64,000 nt of DNA from Phoronis australis (Eukaryota; Animalia; Phoronida). Location: NCBI GenBank assembly GCA_002633005.1, contig NMRA01000678.1, positions 146,142 through 210,141 on the forward strand, given 5' to 3'. A program made the translations under genes and the position numbers. Below the pieces are notes generated by a model, which was given only the letters and a program-made list of their open reading frames with translations, did not search any database and had not been told where the DNA came from. Of the stretch, positions 24,437-35,677 are shown piece after piece (the first letter of the stretch is position 1; each line of letters begins with the position of its first letter).

Positions 24437-27186
24437 CATGTATGATTTTTTCAAAGGCTTCTAACATAGTTATGAATGCCCGAAATTTTTCAAACGATAT
24501 TGTCTGTTGATAGCTACGATGCAAACTTCGAACATGTAAAAACTTTATTGCTATGCCTTTCGCAGGAAAAATCAAAAAATAAAATTTCACTAGGGGTAAG
24601 TCCGCATATCGCGTCACAAATTAGTTAGTTTTTGCCGTACCCGTTGAATATAAGAGAATGTGCTGAGGCCTACAACACGTTCACCTCGTGTTGAAGTAGC
24701 CATCCAACTGCCTACTGTGAGTACTACCCAAAGCTTCAAGCGACACTCGTCACACTAAAGACTCTTAACCTTTGACAACTTGAGGTCTAGTATTTAGTAT
24801 TTAGTATTTTATATCTGTTTGACGTTCGTCTCGAACTGAACAGGTGACTGAGCACAATCTTTGGTGATAACCTATATCGCTAATATCTTTCTGTTGACCC
24901 AGAATAGAGCTCGTCTCAAAAAAAATCTTCGCCATAAAGCAACAAAGCACAACGTGATGAAATAATCTAAACCTATTGCAAGCTTATAAAAATTGTTACT
25001 ATACGTAATCGATATCTTGAATAGCACTGAGAGAAAGTTGAATTATTGAATTTAAAAGTTTGCTTAATGCGAGAACTTTGATAACTGATGTGACGTAACT
25101 TCTGAAACATTTTTTTATCTCATAGTAGAAATTTAGATTGTTGCGTGACATCCGCCGGACATGGGTTAGCGATGGCATCACATATTGAAACGCCTACGCC
25201 TTATCAACCGATATTATTTAAAGTCAAAACGTGCCTCGTGTCATACAGAGGACCAATTTCGATGAATGCTTCGTTTAGAAACCCAATCCAAGGTCAAATT
25301 TAAGACATTAGATTAAGAACCTCAACTGGCAAAACAGCGACCCCTTCTGCCTACTCAGCGAGCCCTGTGCAATGTTCCACGATTTCTGAATTCCGGGTTT
25401 CTAAACAAGTTGATCCAACTCATAGTTGGTAATTCAAGAATGGCTTGATGACATCAGCGCTCAAGGAAATTACGCATTTGATTTCGTACGTTTTTGGTCT
25501 GTAATGAAGTCATTAATGGAATAGAATTAGAGCCCGGACGACATGTGTGTGTACTGGGCAGGGAAGCAGCTTTGTGAAGCGGAGTCAACAAAGTATCCAA
25601 CTTCTGAGGCCAGGGTGGATACTTTTAGTGTTCGAAGCTAACCAACTTAGATATTTTAATATTAAAATACCGGCAGGGATTAGGGGCAAAGCTTCGCTGT
25701 CAGAGGGCTCTTGGTGAAAAAATCGATGCTACTAGGAATGAAGCACTGAGTTCAAGGATCGGCGCCTCATGCGTGTCTGAAATAATTGTGACGGAGAAAG
25801 GCGTGAAAATTGGGGCGGTAGGGGGTCAGCTCAAATTACCAGGGCCCCAGGCTACTTCTACATTCGACGCTAATTGTATACTTTAACTCAGTGCAATAAA
25901 AATCCCACAGCAACAGAGAAATTCCTCCCTATGGGTGTGTGTTGTTTACTTGACGTCCCCCCCCCCCNATAACTTTAAAGTCTGATCGCTTGCGTATTCC
26001 CCGATGTAGTGGCATATTACAATCCTGCTCTCACATTCTGCAGTTTAACAGTAAAACTAACTTGAGAAACGGTAAATACAAAACTTCGAATAAGGATACT
26101 GCGCACGTAAGTAGTTTATAGTTTTAGTAGGCTAGTGGAGGCGTGATTTCTAGAAGCACCGTACAGTGCGTGACTGCTGACTAAAATGCTACCCAGAGAC
26201 AGATCGCGTAGCCCTAGTACCAATTCTTGACTTGTTAAATATTTCTATAAGATTTGAGATTACGATTTCCAACTCGGTCGTTTTTGTTATGTCAAAGAGT
26301 AACAATTCAGGCTACATACTTCATTGTGACGCATGCGTATAGCACTGCAGAATATTTTCGTCTGCTGTCCTTAGATGTCAGATAAGGTGCAGACGTGCTT
26401 TATATCTCATACCTTCTAACCGAGATAAGGATTTTTATCAAACGTATCCGTAGGGCTCAACTATTTTTTTTTTTTTGAAACATGAACTCTGCGTTATTAC
26501 TCAAATACGTTATCGTGTCAGTGCGTACGTACACACATGTTACAAAGATTCTAAACACCCTCTTGATAAAATGTCTGTTAAATGAAAACCCCATTGATAT
26601 TTTTATAAGAAATGTTAATGCCATACGTTTTAAGCACAATGATATAATAAGCTTGATGACCTTGGTAACGTCTTGAATAAAATCAAACCAACCTAAGAAG
26701 CCTCACAGTAAACATGCTATACAGTCCAAACACATTTGATTCATACCACTTACCATCATTGAAGTGGTCTCAACTTTTTTCAGGGATAATTCTGGGTTTG
26801 GGAAGAAGAAGCAGTTTGTACCTCGCCTTAATATGTCTGTCTCAAAAATATTCGAAAGTTCCTTTTAAAGAGGTACAGGGAATGCTTTCCTACGAAACTG
26901 CTTATTTTAAACAGAGTACCAAACAAAACAAGAACAAAAGAACATCCAATTGTCCCAATGATAATTATAAATCTGAACAGCATTAGTTATTACACTTATA
27001 CATTATTGAATTACAGACTAACATTAACAATAATATCGACATCAACAGGTCAATTCTACGGGTGGTCTCAGTAAATTTCAAGTGTACACAAGCACTCGCA
27101 CTGTTTGGTATGATTGCACTCCAGCACTCATACGTGTACATTGTGTAAATTAATATACATCATGACAACTTCACTGCAGAGAATGA

Positions 27187-27253
27187 CACACACACACACA
27201 CACACGCGCGCGTGCGCACACGCTCACGCTCACGCTCACGCACGCGCACACAT
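27187..27253. repeat. Compound microsatellite (CA)n-(CG)n-(CACGCT)n
   Basis: Read directly from the sequence; largely alternating purine-pyrimidine. Confidence 0.9.
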
Positions 27254-30200
27254 ACGTATCGAATAGCAAAATGCTTAATACTTCCGGTCTGTTTACATAA
27301 TCCGATTCACAGTTTTATTACACACTATGGGAGCAATAATTGTGACAGTAAAAAAAACTTACAAGGTGATCACTCTGATCCAAGTCAAACTAAGTCATCA
27401 ACTGAACACTTAAGTTGTTTACAGTGGGCAAAAATGCAAACTTAATAACAAGTCCATTTTCTTCCATAAATATCAGTGCCAACTTGTTCCTTAGCAAAAT
27501 TAGCATTGACTTCTAATACGTGACAATATTCGATCAATATGCCACGTCTCAGGATTCACCTCGCAGTTGGCTTACATTTGTTACCGCATTCAAAGACTGA
27601 AAGTGACAATAGTTGTTTTGCATGGAAAATACCCGTATTGAGCCCACACCAGATGGAGTCATTGTTTAGAAGTACCACCAGTTCAGGTAACTGCCTACGT
27701 GGCCATGAAAGAAAGGCCTGTTTTGTTTCACAATTACCGAGTCCTTTGAATCACCTACCGGTAAATAAACTTCAATACAGTGGCGCATTGCCTGACACAA
27801 AACTTGAACTTTATTCACGGGTTGGCGATTCAGAGGACTTGATTGTCCCGGCATTACACGAAACTCAAAACAACCAATGCCAAGACGCAGTGAACGCTCT
27901 CAGAGTGACTACTAAAAGTGTGTTGACCAAAGTCACATCGTTAACAAAAGCTACGTGATAATAAAAATAAAATACATTATACTTGACGATGAATTTATCA
28001 AGAAACAAAATTTAGATAAGTGGATTTAATGCGCCTGATGGATGGCGTTATCAAAGAATTCTTCACGACTCTTTAGCAGAACAGCCCTGCGATTGTAAAA
28101 CAATAAAATGCCAAGATTTTAATCTCGACTAATGACAGCATGGCAAGATAATATATCGCATAATACTAAACCCTCGTGAGAGACCGCCCCGAGATGGATG
28201 CTGGAGCAACTCGGGGCGGTCTGGGATCAAGCGGAAAAACCACAGGGTAAATCTGTGGTCGACGAATCTATTCGGTCGATTACATTTTATTGCCCGTGAA
28301 GCCGCTAAGGGCTGCCTGAAGAAATATGACTCGCGCGTTTGTATTTTCGCCTTTTTCAATAACATGTAAAAGATTCATCAACAAATTCCTCGTAAAATTC
28401 TGAAAACAAGCGTTTTTCTCCCACGAAAATCGATGAAGTNATTCAAAATATTCAAAACCAGGAGAATTGTTCCACATTTGAGCTTAACCTGCAACAGCTG
28501 TAAACAGCTCTTAGTCTATCTAGCACAGAACAACGATCCAGATGTCTGACCAGTACTGAGAAAACGGTGGTGTGAAATAGCCGTATGATATCAACAATGT
28601 TCCCAAAATTTTCTCGGCCCATTTGTGGAGTTTGTGCAAAGGCTGATATTGATTTCTTCTATTCACAGCGGTGCTACAAATCTGAAGTATTCAGACAAAA
28701 TGACGCGGATGCGTAATTCCCCGAAATGACAACTGTGCGGAAGCCGATTTCATCACTACAGCAGTCTTTAAAAACAAAATGTCTGAAAAGGTAGAAAACA
28801 AGACAAAAGTCCATTAAAAAGGCAAGGAATTCCGGCGGATGCACAATCCATGGCTCTGAACGTACCCCGTTTATTCTTTTTTAATAAATGGTCCACATTT
28901 TCAAAAATTCGAGCCACTTAATTTTTACGCTGGATGCGCGCATGTGTTGCAGCCCTTATGATTACAACCAGTCATTTTTGCAGTTGACAGAATTAGCCGT
29001 CATGGCGGAAAAGTTTGTCAATCTCTGATTACCTTCACGAAAAGAACCCTACGCTGACATACACACCGGTCGAGCTCGCATGGCAACTCGACCAGTTTGC
29101 GTACCTTGAGATCTGCAGCATTAATCAAAGACACCCGCCGTGCTGTTGTAGTTAATTACATCGCCTGAGACTGCTGTTATCGTTCTCCAGACGATCAGAC
29201 CCATCATAAACACACTGGGGGGATAAGGAGATTTTATAAATTTTCGATTCGAAAGTAATTAGCATATTTGAATAGTTCGAGTAACACGTGATCAGGTCTT
29301 CGAAGTTTGAAAAAAGGACAAAAATTTGACTTTTGCAACCTTACTTTAGAACAACGTTGTCATGATATAATTGATTCTGCTGGGTCTGTAGCGTAATTGG
29401 ACCAATTACCAAACCAGCAGGCACCAGATGGATTTGAGGTAAGGCGTCATCGCGGTTCCGAATTCTTGGCATGTTTGTCTTATATTTCACGTTTTAGCGG
29501 CTTTTGATGCATACCCTGAGTGAGATAGGGACCTTACACGCAACGACCCCAATTTAAGAACTTCCTCTCTAATTATTTTCAATAAGATCAGAGCCCATAG
29601 AAAATGTCATAACTAAAAGAGATCACAATAAAGAAAAAGTAATGGAAAAATATAACAAAATGTCACATTAAAATTTTGACTTTGAGACCTACTGAAATGG
29701 CATTTTACTGCTACAAATGTTCAAATAAACTATCAAATAACTATGGCAAAAAGTCGGTTCACTTGGGCTGAGCCTGACAAAGTTCTGTGGGAACCTGTCC
29801 ACTACATTTTGAAAACTACTGCATAATTGAAGACACACCTTGACATTGTCCGTAACCAGAAGGTCACTCTTGTCGGTGTGCATGTACTAGCCTAGTATAG
29901 TCAGCCAGAGGGCGGTGAAGGCAATGATAACAGGGGAGACAAGTGTTGCAGGAGTACCTGAAAACGAGACAAGCTCTGAAATTCTCCAAGCCATTTGTTT
30001 TTAAGGTGGAAGTTCAACAGTTTACAACTCAAAAAGCATTAAAGATAGTAATTTGAAATTTGGTCCAGGAATAAATCTAATGGAGGGTGGACTGAATGCA
30101 AAGTTTCATTGTCATGCATAGAAGGTGTACAAATTATTAATATGTCTACAAACTGAGAAGTGACTCTTTGCGCACCTTCTGCAGATAGTGCTATAGGCCT

Positions 30201-31302
30201 ATGCACCACGCAGGCACAAGCAATGAGGTTTTAGCTTGAATATTGTCTGGGAATTGTAGTAAGATATTACGGTAATTTTCCACTTATTTCGTTTAAAAAT
30301 AATTGTCAAACTTATAACGCTACCATTGCATTTTTCAAAGTCCGGTCACCTTCATTGCTGTAAATGAGAGCTTTACATTCATTCTTTTATGACGTGTACA
30401 CAGCGCAAACAAAGCCAGTAATAAACTGTAATTCTTTTATCCATGCTTTTGCGAAAATTTTTGACAAAAATAAAATTTCTTTTGTACTCCGTATTGTGTG
30501 CTAGGAGAAGAATTACCGTAGTCAGCATTTTTAAAAGTAACGTATAATGCAACAACGCTTCAAATTGGGCTAATTTTCCGTAACGCAATATTATTCACAA
30601 AAGACAAACCACTTCGAAAAGTATTACCGTTAGAGTCTAGTCACAAGCCAGTCAAATTTCAATAACCGGTATGTCACTGAGGATGGCGGTAACCGGCCGT
30701 TGACATGCACAAGCTTACACCGACATTCCCACAATTCCGCGCTCATTTAATTTGCTAGTGTACATGTATGTTCTGCTTTTGCGACTTCTGGTAGAAAAAC
30801 CCAAATCTGCGAAACAAGACGTGTTTTTCTAATAAAACAAAACAAGACAGGCAATTAGCAAACTAAAGTACTAGAATTAACATTTTTCGATGTAGAAGTG
30901 AATGTTAACATACCAAAAAGAATAACAGAAAATACCAGGTTTTTGTGTTATGCGGAGCAATACACGCAGTCAGTCCGCAAAACAAAGCAGTGTCCCGTAT
31001 GATGTTCTACACTTGCTGTGCTTTCTGGAAACTATTCACAATGACATTTATTTTGCAACAACTGTTTTACTGAGAAATACCCTGGCTGATACATAACATG
31101 AGACCTTCTGCAGGTCTTTGGCCTTTCCCGTTCTTGCCTTCGCGTTCTGACAACATTCTCCCACTGATGTCTCGCACGCTTTTTCACCTTTTAGACTGTT
31201 TATCAGGACTTGGAATGACCGATGACAAAAAAATTCACCAAGTGATGTATCGTTCCACAAATAAATAAGCTTGTGTGATAGAAATAGTTTTGTGCTCTAA
31301 AA

Positions 31303-31438
31303 TTTTGCATGGATACAGTAAAAATAATGATAAAGAGACGAAAAAAGGGGAAACTGGATATCAATAATAAAGTTTTTGCATGAAGACAGTCAAAATAATG
31401 ATAAAGAGACGAAAAAAGGGAAACTGGATATCAAATAA
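31303..31438. repeat. Two-copy tandem repeat of about 70 bp
   Basis: ttttgcatg..acagt.aaaataatgataaagagacgaaaaaaggg(g)aaactggatatcaa occurs twice in tandem. Confidence 0.85.
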
Positions 31439-32254
31439 GTGGACATCGAAACCAAAAAAGAGGAATTCCTCTGAAAAGAAGAAAATGCTAAGTCCTGCTT
31501 TGTGTCCGATTTCTCCGTTGAACTTTGTGACTTTCCACTGGACAGCAGGTCACAGGAATTACTTAATGGTCTCAGCTGACAACTTGCTTCATAAAAAGTT
31601 ATCCAGTATTTCAAACTGCTACAAACGGATAACTCTGTATTGGTGTATGACTGAGAAACTTATTTGGGCTCCAGCTTAAATTTTGAGTATGTGACCACGG
31701 TGTGACTCCTATACACACATCACCAATATTGCACTTTTTAGTCACCTTTTAATTTTTTACCTATAGGTCTTCAAATGATCGCGAAGAAAATGACAAGTTT
31801 TTACAAATACAAAAAGCAATTTTCACGGCAATATCAAAAGCGGGTAGATCGCATGAAATGAGAGAAAACACATACATGTATTGGGACTGGGAACTCGTAC
31901 ATAAGAACTTCCAAAAAATGATAGAAAATTTCGCTTTATCCATAGCGTGACCGGACAGACAAGTTGGGACACTTTTTATAGACGATTGAAAGTGGGTGTC
32001 ACTCAAGGCATCTTTAAGCCAGTTTGCGGGGCTGTGGAACATTGAAAGATATGTAAATGTTGGATTTGTGAAAAAATACTGACGAAAAGCGCTACGGCAC
32101 TCATCGCAACCATAAGTTTGGTCACAATGTCCTGCGAATTGTGGGCGGAAGGCGCACAGACGGAACCAAAATGGCACAGGGTTAAAATCAAAAATACGAT
32201 GGAATCACAAACTATCGACAATTTATGCTACGGCACATATCTGAAATGAGTGAA

Positions 32255-32394
32255 CAGGGGCGGATCCAGGATTTTGAGTTAGGGGAGGCCAGGGCAGAGT
32301 ATTAGCCAGGATTTTGCCCCTCAGACATTCGCACCCCCGAACTGCCAAATGGAATCTGGGAGAATTTTTGGGGCCCCCTCTAAATCCGCCACTG
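32255..32394. mobile_element. hAT5-like MITE, inverted relative to 24283-24436
   Basis: CAGGGGCGGATCC...AATCCGCCACTG; TSD GTGAA/ATGAA with one mismatch. Confidence 0.85.
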
Positions 32395-32719
32395 ATGAAA
32401 ACTAGGTCAACTCGCGAAATGCCCACGATACGATAGCAGTTACGCACATCTAAAAGTACAGCGACGATCTGAACGGATGCACAGACACGCAAATGGACGC
32501 ATAAACGGAATGACACAACTCGCACCTTAGACAATGTTTAANGGGTGTCACTCGAGGCATCTTTAAGCCAGTTTGCGGGGCTGTGGAACATTCAAAGATA
32601 TGTAAATTTTGGATTTGTGAAAAAATACTGACGAAATGGCACAGGATTAAAATCAAAAATACGATGGTATCACTAACTATCGACAATTTATGCTACGGCA
32701 CATATATGAAATGAGTGAA

Positions 32720-32860
32720 CAGGGGCGGATCCAGGATTTTGAGTTAGGTGGGGCCATGGCAGAGTATTAGCCAGGATTTTGCCCCTCAGACATTCGCACC
32801 CCAGAACTGCCAAATGGAATCTGGGAGAATTTTTTGGGGCCCCTTCTAAATCCGCCACTG
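32720..32860. mobile_element. hAT5-like MITE (copy within the duplicated block)
   Basis: Same element with perfect TSD GTGAA at 32715-32719 and 32861-32865. Confidence 0.85.
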
Positions 32861-33063
32861 GTGAAAACCAGGTCAACTCGCGAAATGCCCACGATACGAT
32901 AGCAGTTGCGCACATCTAAAAGTACAGCGACGATCTGAACGGATGCACAGACACGCAAATGGACGCAGAAGCGGAATGACACAACTCGCACCTTAGACAA
33001 TGTTTAAGTGGAGTTGTCAAAACAAAAAAAATAGTTGGTTGTCAGCACTTTAGGACCACATTT

Positions 33064-33102
33064 TTGTAGTTAAATTGCTTTTCAAAAGCAATTTAACTAC
33101 AA
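33064..33102. repeat. Perfect palindrome, 19-bp arms with a 1-nt spacer
   Basis: TTGTAGTTAAATTGCTTTT C AAAAGCAATTTAACTACAA. Confidence 0.95.
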
Positions 33103-35602
33103 TTTCTAGTAGAAAATGTTGGCTCGAGTCGCACATCGGCTTTGAAGTGGTTGTTTTGGGGTGAAAAGTGTCAATTTTGTGTGATGATCGTTCTAGGCAA
33201 AACCAAATGAGACTAGTATACTGCTCAATTTATTGCAAAATGCCATAAAAATGCCCTGCCCTTGCTGTAACCACAAGAGCAGACTAAACAGATGTATTCC
33301 ACACAAGTTTGCGTTTTAGGTACATGCAGGATTAAATAAAACAACAAAACGATTCACTACATTATCGTTCTCATTCCCATGCCATATATGTACATATGGC
33401 AGGCCTCTAAACCAAGACAAGTGCTCCTGGTGTGGTTCACCACAGGGACACATTACAAGACGGCCGCAAAACTTTGTAAGCCATCACTGGCGCATTATCT
33501 TACTCCGATCTGGTCAGATTATCTCCTGATGTAACAAGACAAAAACACACACAACAATATCTCCTAATATGAGCCATCAAAAGTCAAACGACCATTTCTG
33601 CTTTTGATATCATCTCCAGCCTGCTTCTCTTACTCATTAATTGTCCCTTTGACGAACTATTTTTGAGAAGACTCACCAAATGGCATTGATTTCCATGACA
33701 TCTTTGGCAGTTCTACATGAGACGACTGGGGGACCAGACAGCCCTAGCCACCTGGTGGCCAAAAAGGACACCAGATGTCAAGAGTTATCTTTTGGATATG
33801 AAGGCGCGTTAAAAGCCTAAAACAATACTTAAAACACTACTAATTCTATTCTAGTAAGACATACAACGGAACTTCATAAAAACATCCAATAACTATACAA
33901 TAAAAAGTTGGCTCCAATACATGTATGTTAGTGCTTGAAACTCCAAGCAGTAAATGAACGGGATTTCCATTGATCAAGCGCAATTAAAGCAGCAACAAAC
34001 CCCCCCTTCCGTCACAAAAGTATAATTTAAACCTCTTTCAATTACGACATTGGTCTCCCATTGTTCCTGGCTGCCATTGCTGAGCTTCAAAAGAAATGCG
34101 AGTCATTTCATCACTTCTCATCTGAGCACTTAGCAAGCTGACACAAATTCAGTGGCAGCAAGTGGTGGAAATTGAAATTTGAGTTCTTTTGACGGAACTC
34201 GGGTTCATTGCTTTGCTATGATTGGCGTTTTGAACAACATTTAGCACTGATAACAACATCAAATAATAAAAAATCCAACAACTTTTGAACAAAAGATTCC
34301 CTTTAAGGTACATAACAATCAAAAGAAGGTACACGTGTATAACATCACTACAATGTAAATAAGAGATAAAGCCTCCATGCCAATTATAATTCCAAGCTAC
34401 TAAACTAAAGGTTGACATTTATCCAGGAATATCAAATTCAAACACCTATAATTATCTGTAGCCTGTACAATGCACCTGAAGGGAATCCAGTTATCACATG
34501 GAGAAATGTAGACTAAAATCGGAGAACAAATTAAGTCCTCCTTAAAGTTAATATCATACATAAGTCTTGTGACGGCACAGCAAAAATTAACCAGGGAAAT
34601 ATCTGCCCACAAGTAGGCGTATACTCACACGGGCAATAAACTTTGCCAAAATTCCCAAACGTTAATAGCAAAAACGAATCGGGATAATGTAGAGCGTTTA
34701 TGAAGTTTCTCCCATAACTCAACCATCCAGCATTGCTGACCAATTACTGCACTCTTGGCCATTTTACTTGAGTCTACACCGGCAAGGTAGCAGCTTTACA
34801 CACAAAACATTCCTCACCACTGGCAGAAATTTGCATGGTCTTGTGCGATACCATTTTATCCCAAGAAACACGTCTTTAGTTAAGAATGCACCACCAAAAT
34901 ATGTCTAACTGGTCAAGACAGTACTTCAATTAGCTCAAAACTGCAGGAAGCCACGTCAGGCAGTAACAACCGTGTTTACTGCAGAGCCATAGCTAAACAT
35001 CCGCATAATAGCCTAGATGAAATGTGACTAACTGGTCACGTTTATCAATCAAATGGACTATACAATGTACATGTATATCTCTCAGTATACTTAGTTTGCG
35101 GAAGTCTGAAACAACCGCAATCCCTGGTTATGACCCTTAAATAGCCAAGATCCACCCACTGAGAAGGAAGAACTGGAGACCAAAGCACATCTAACCACTG
35201 TTACCACAAACCCTTCAATAGCAGGACATTAAAGACTGCACATTTCTACACGACAGTATAACTAGGATTCCCTTCATAGTTAGCTAAAATAACACCTGTG
35301 ATTCTAAATAGGTTCACCAGGATGTCCGATATATGAGTAAATACATTGTAAAAATTACCAGAAAATGTTAGCTCAGTCTCAGTCATCATGGCTGAAGCCT
35401 TCATCAGTGCGATGTTCTGCCGCTAGGTGTCGCTGTGCAAAGCATGAAATGCATTTATTCATACACCTGCGTTCGCAATGCTTGAACACAATTTGGTGCT
35501 AATACTACTGACTACCAGTCTATGTTACAAAATGAGATGACTCAAGCATTTTGGTCACCACCTTTGTTCTGTTTATTGCACATTGTGGCATGTAGCCATT
35601 TT

Positions 35603-35677
35603 TTATGTTGAATGGTACAGGAATCGCCGATCTTCAACGTGAATGATGAAGTTGTATGCTAGGAATATCCCGATAAT
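35603..35677 (-). CDS. Tetraspanin exon 7 (terminal)
   Basis: attttcag| IIGIFLAYNFIIHVEDRRFLYHST* with TAA at 35605-35603. Minus-strand AATAAA candidates near 35572, 35453 and 33228. Confidence 0.9.
   Translation of the reverse strand: MIGIFLAYNFIIHVEDRRFLYHST

Larger units (their letters stand above)
31994..33007. repeat. Tandem duplication 31994-32541 / 32543-33007 joined at an N; probable uncollapsed allele
   Basis: Near-identical copies separated by the N at 32542; copy 2 lacks about 83 bp present in copy 1. Confidence 0.9.

Noticed and set aside
27539-27958. 139-aa plus-strand ORF
   Set aside because: No motif or splice structure I can support; needs a database search.
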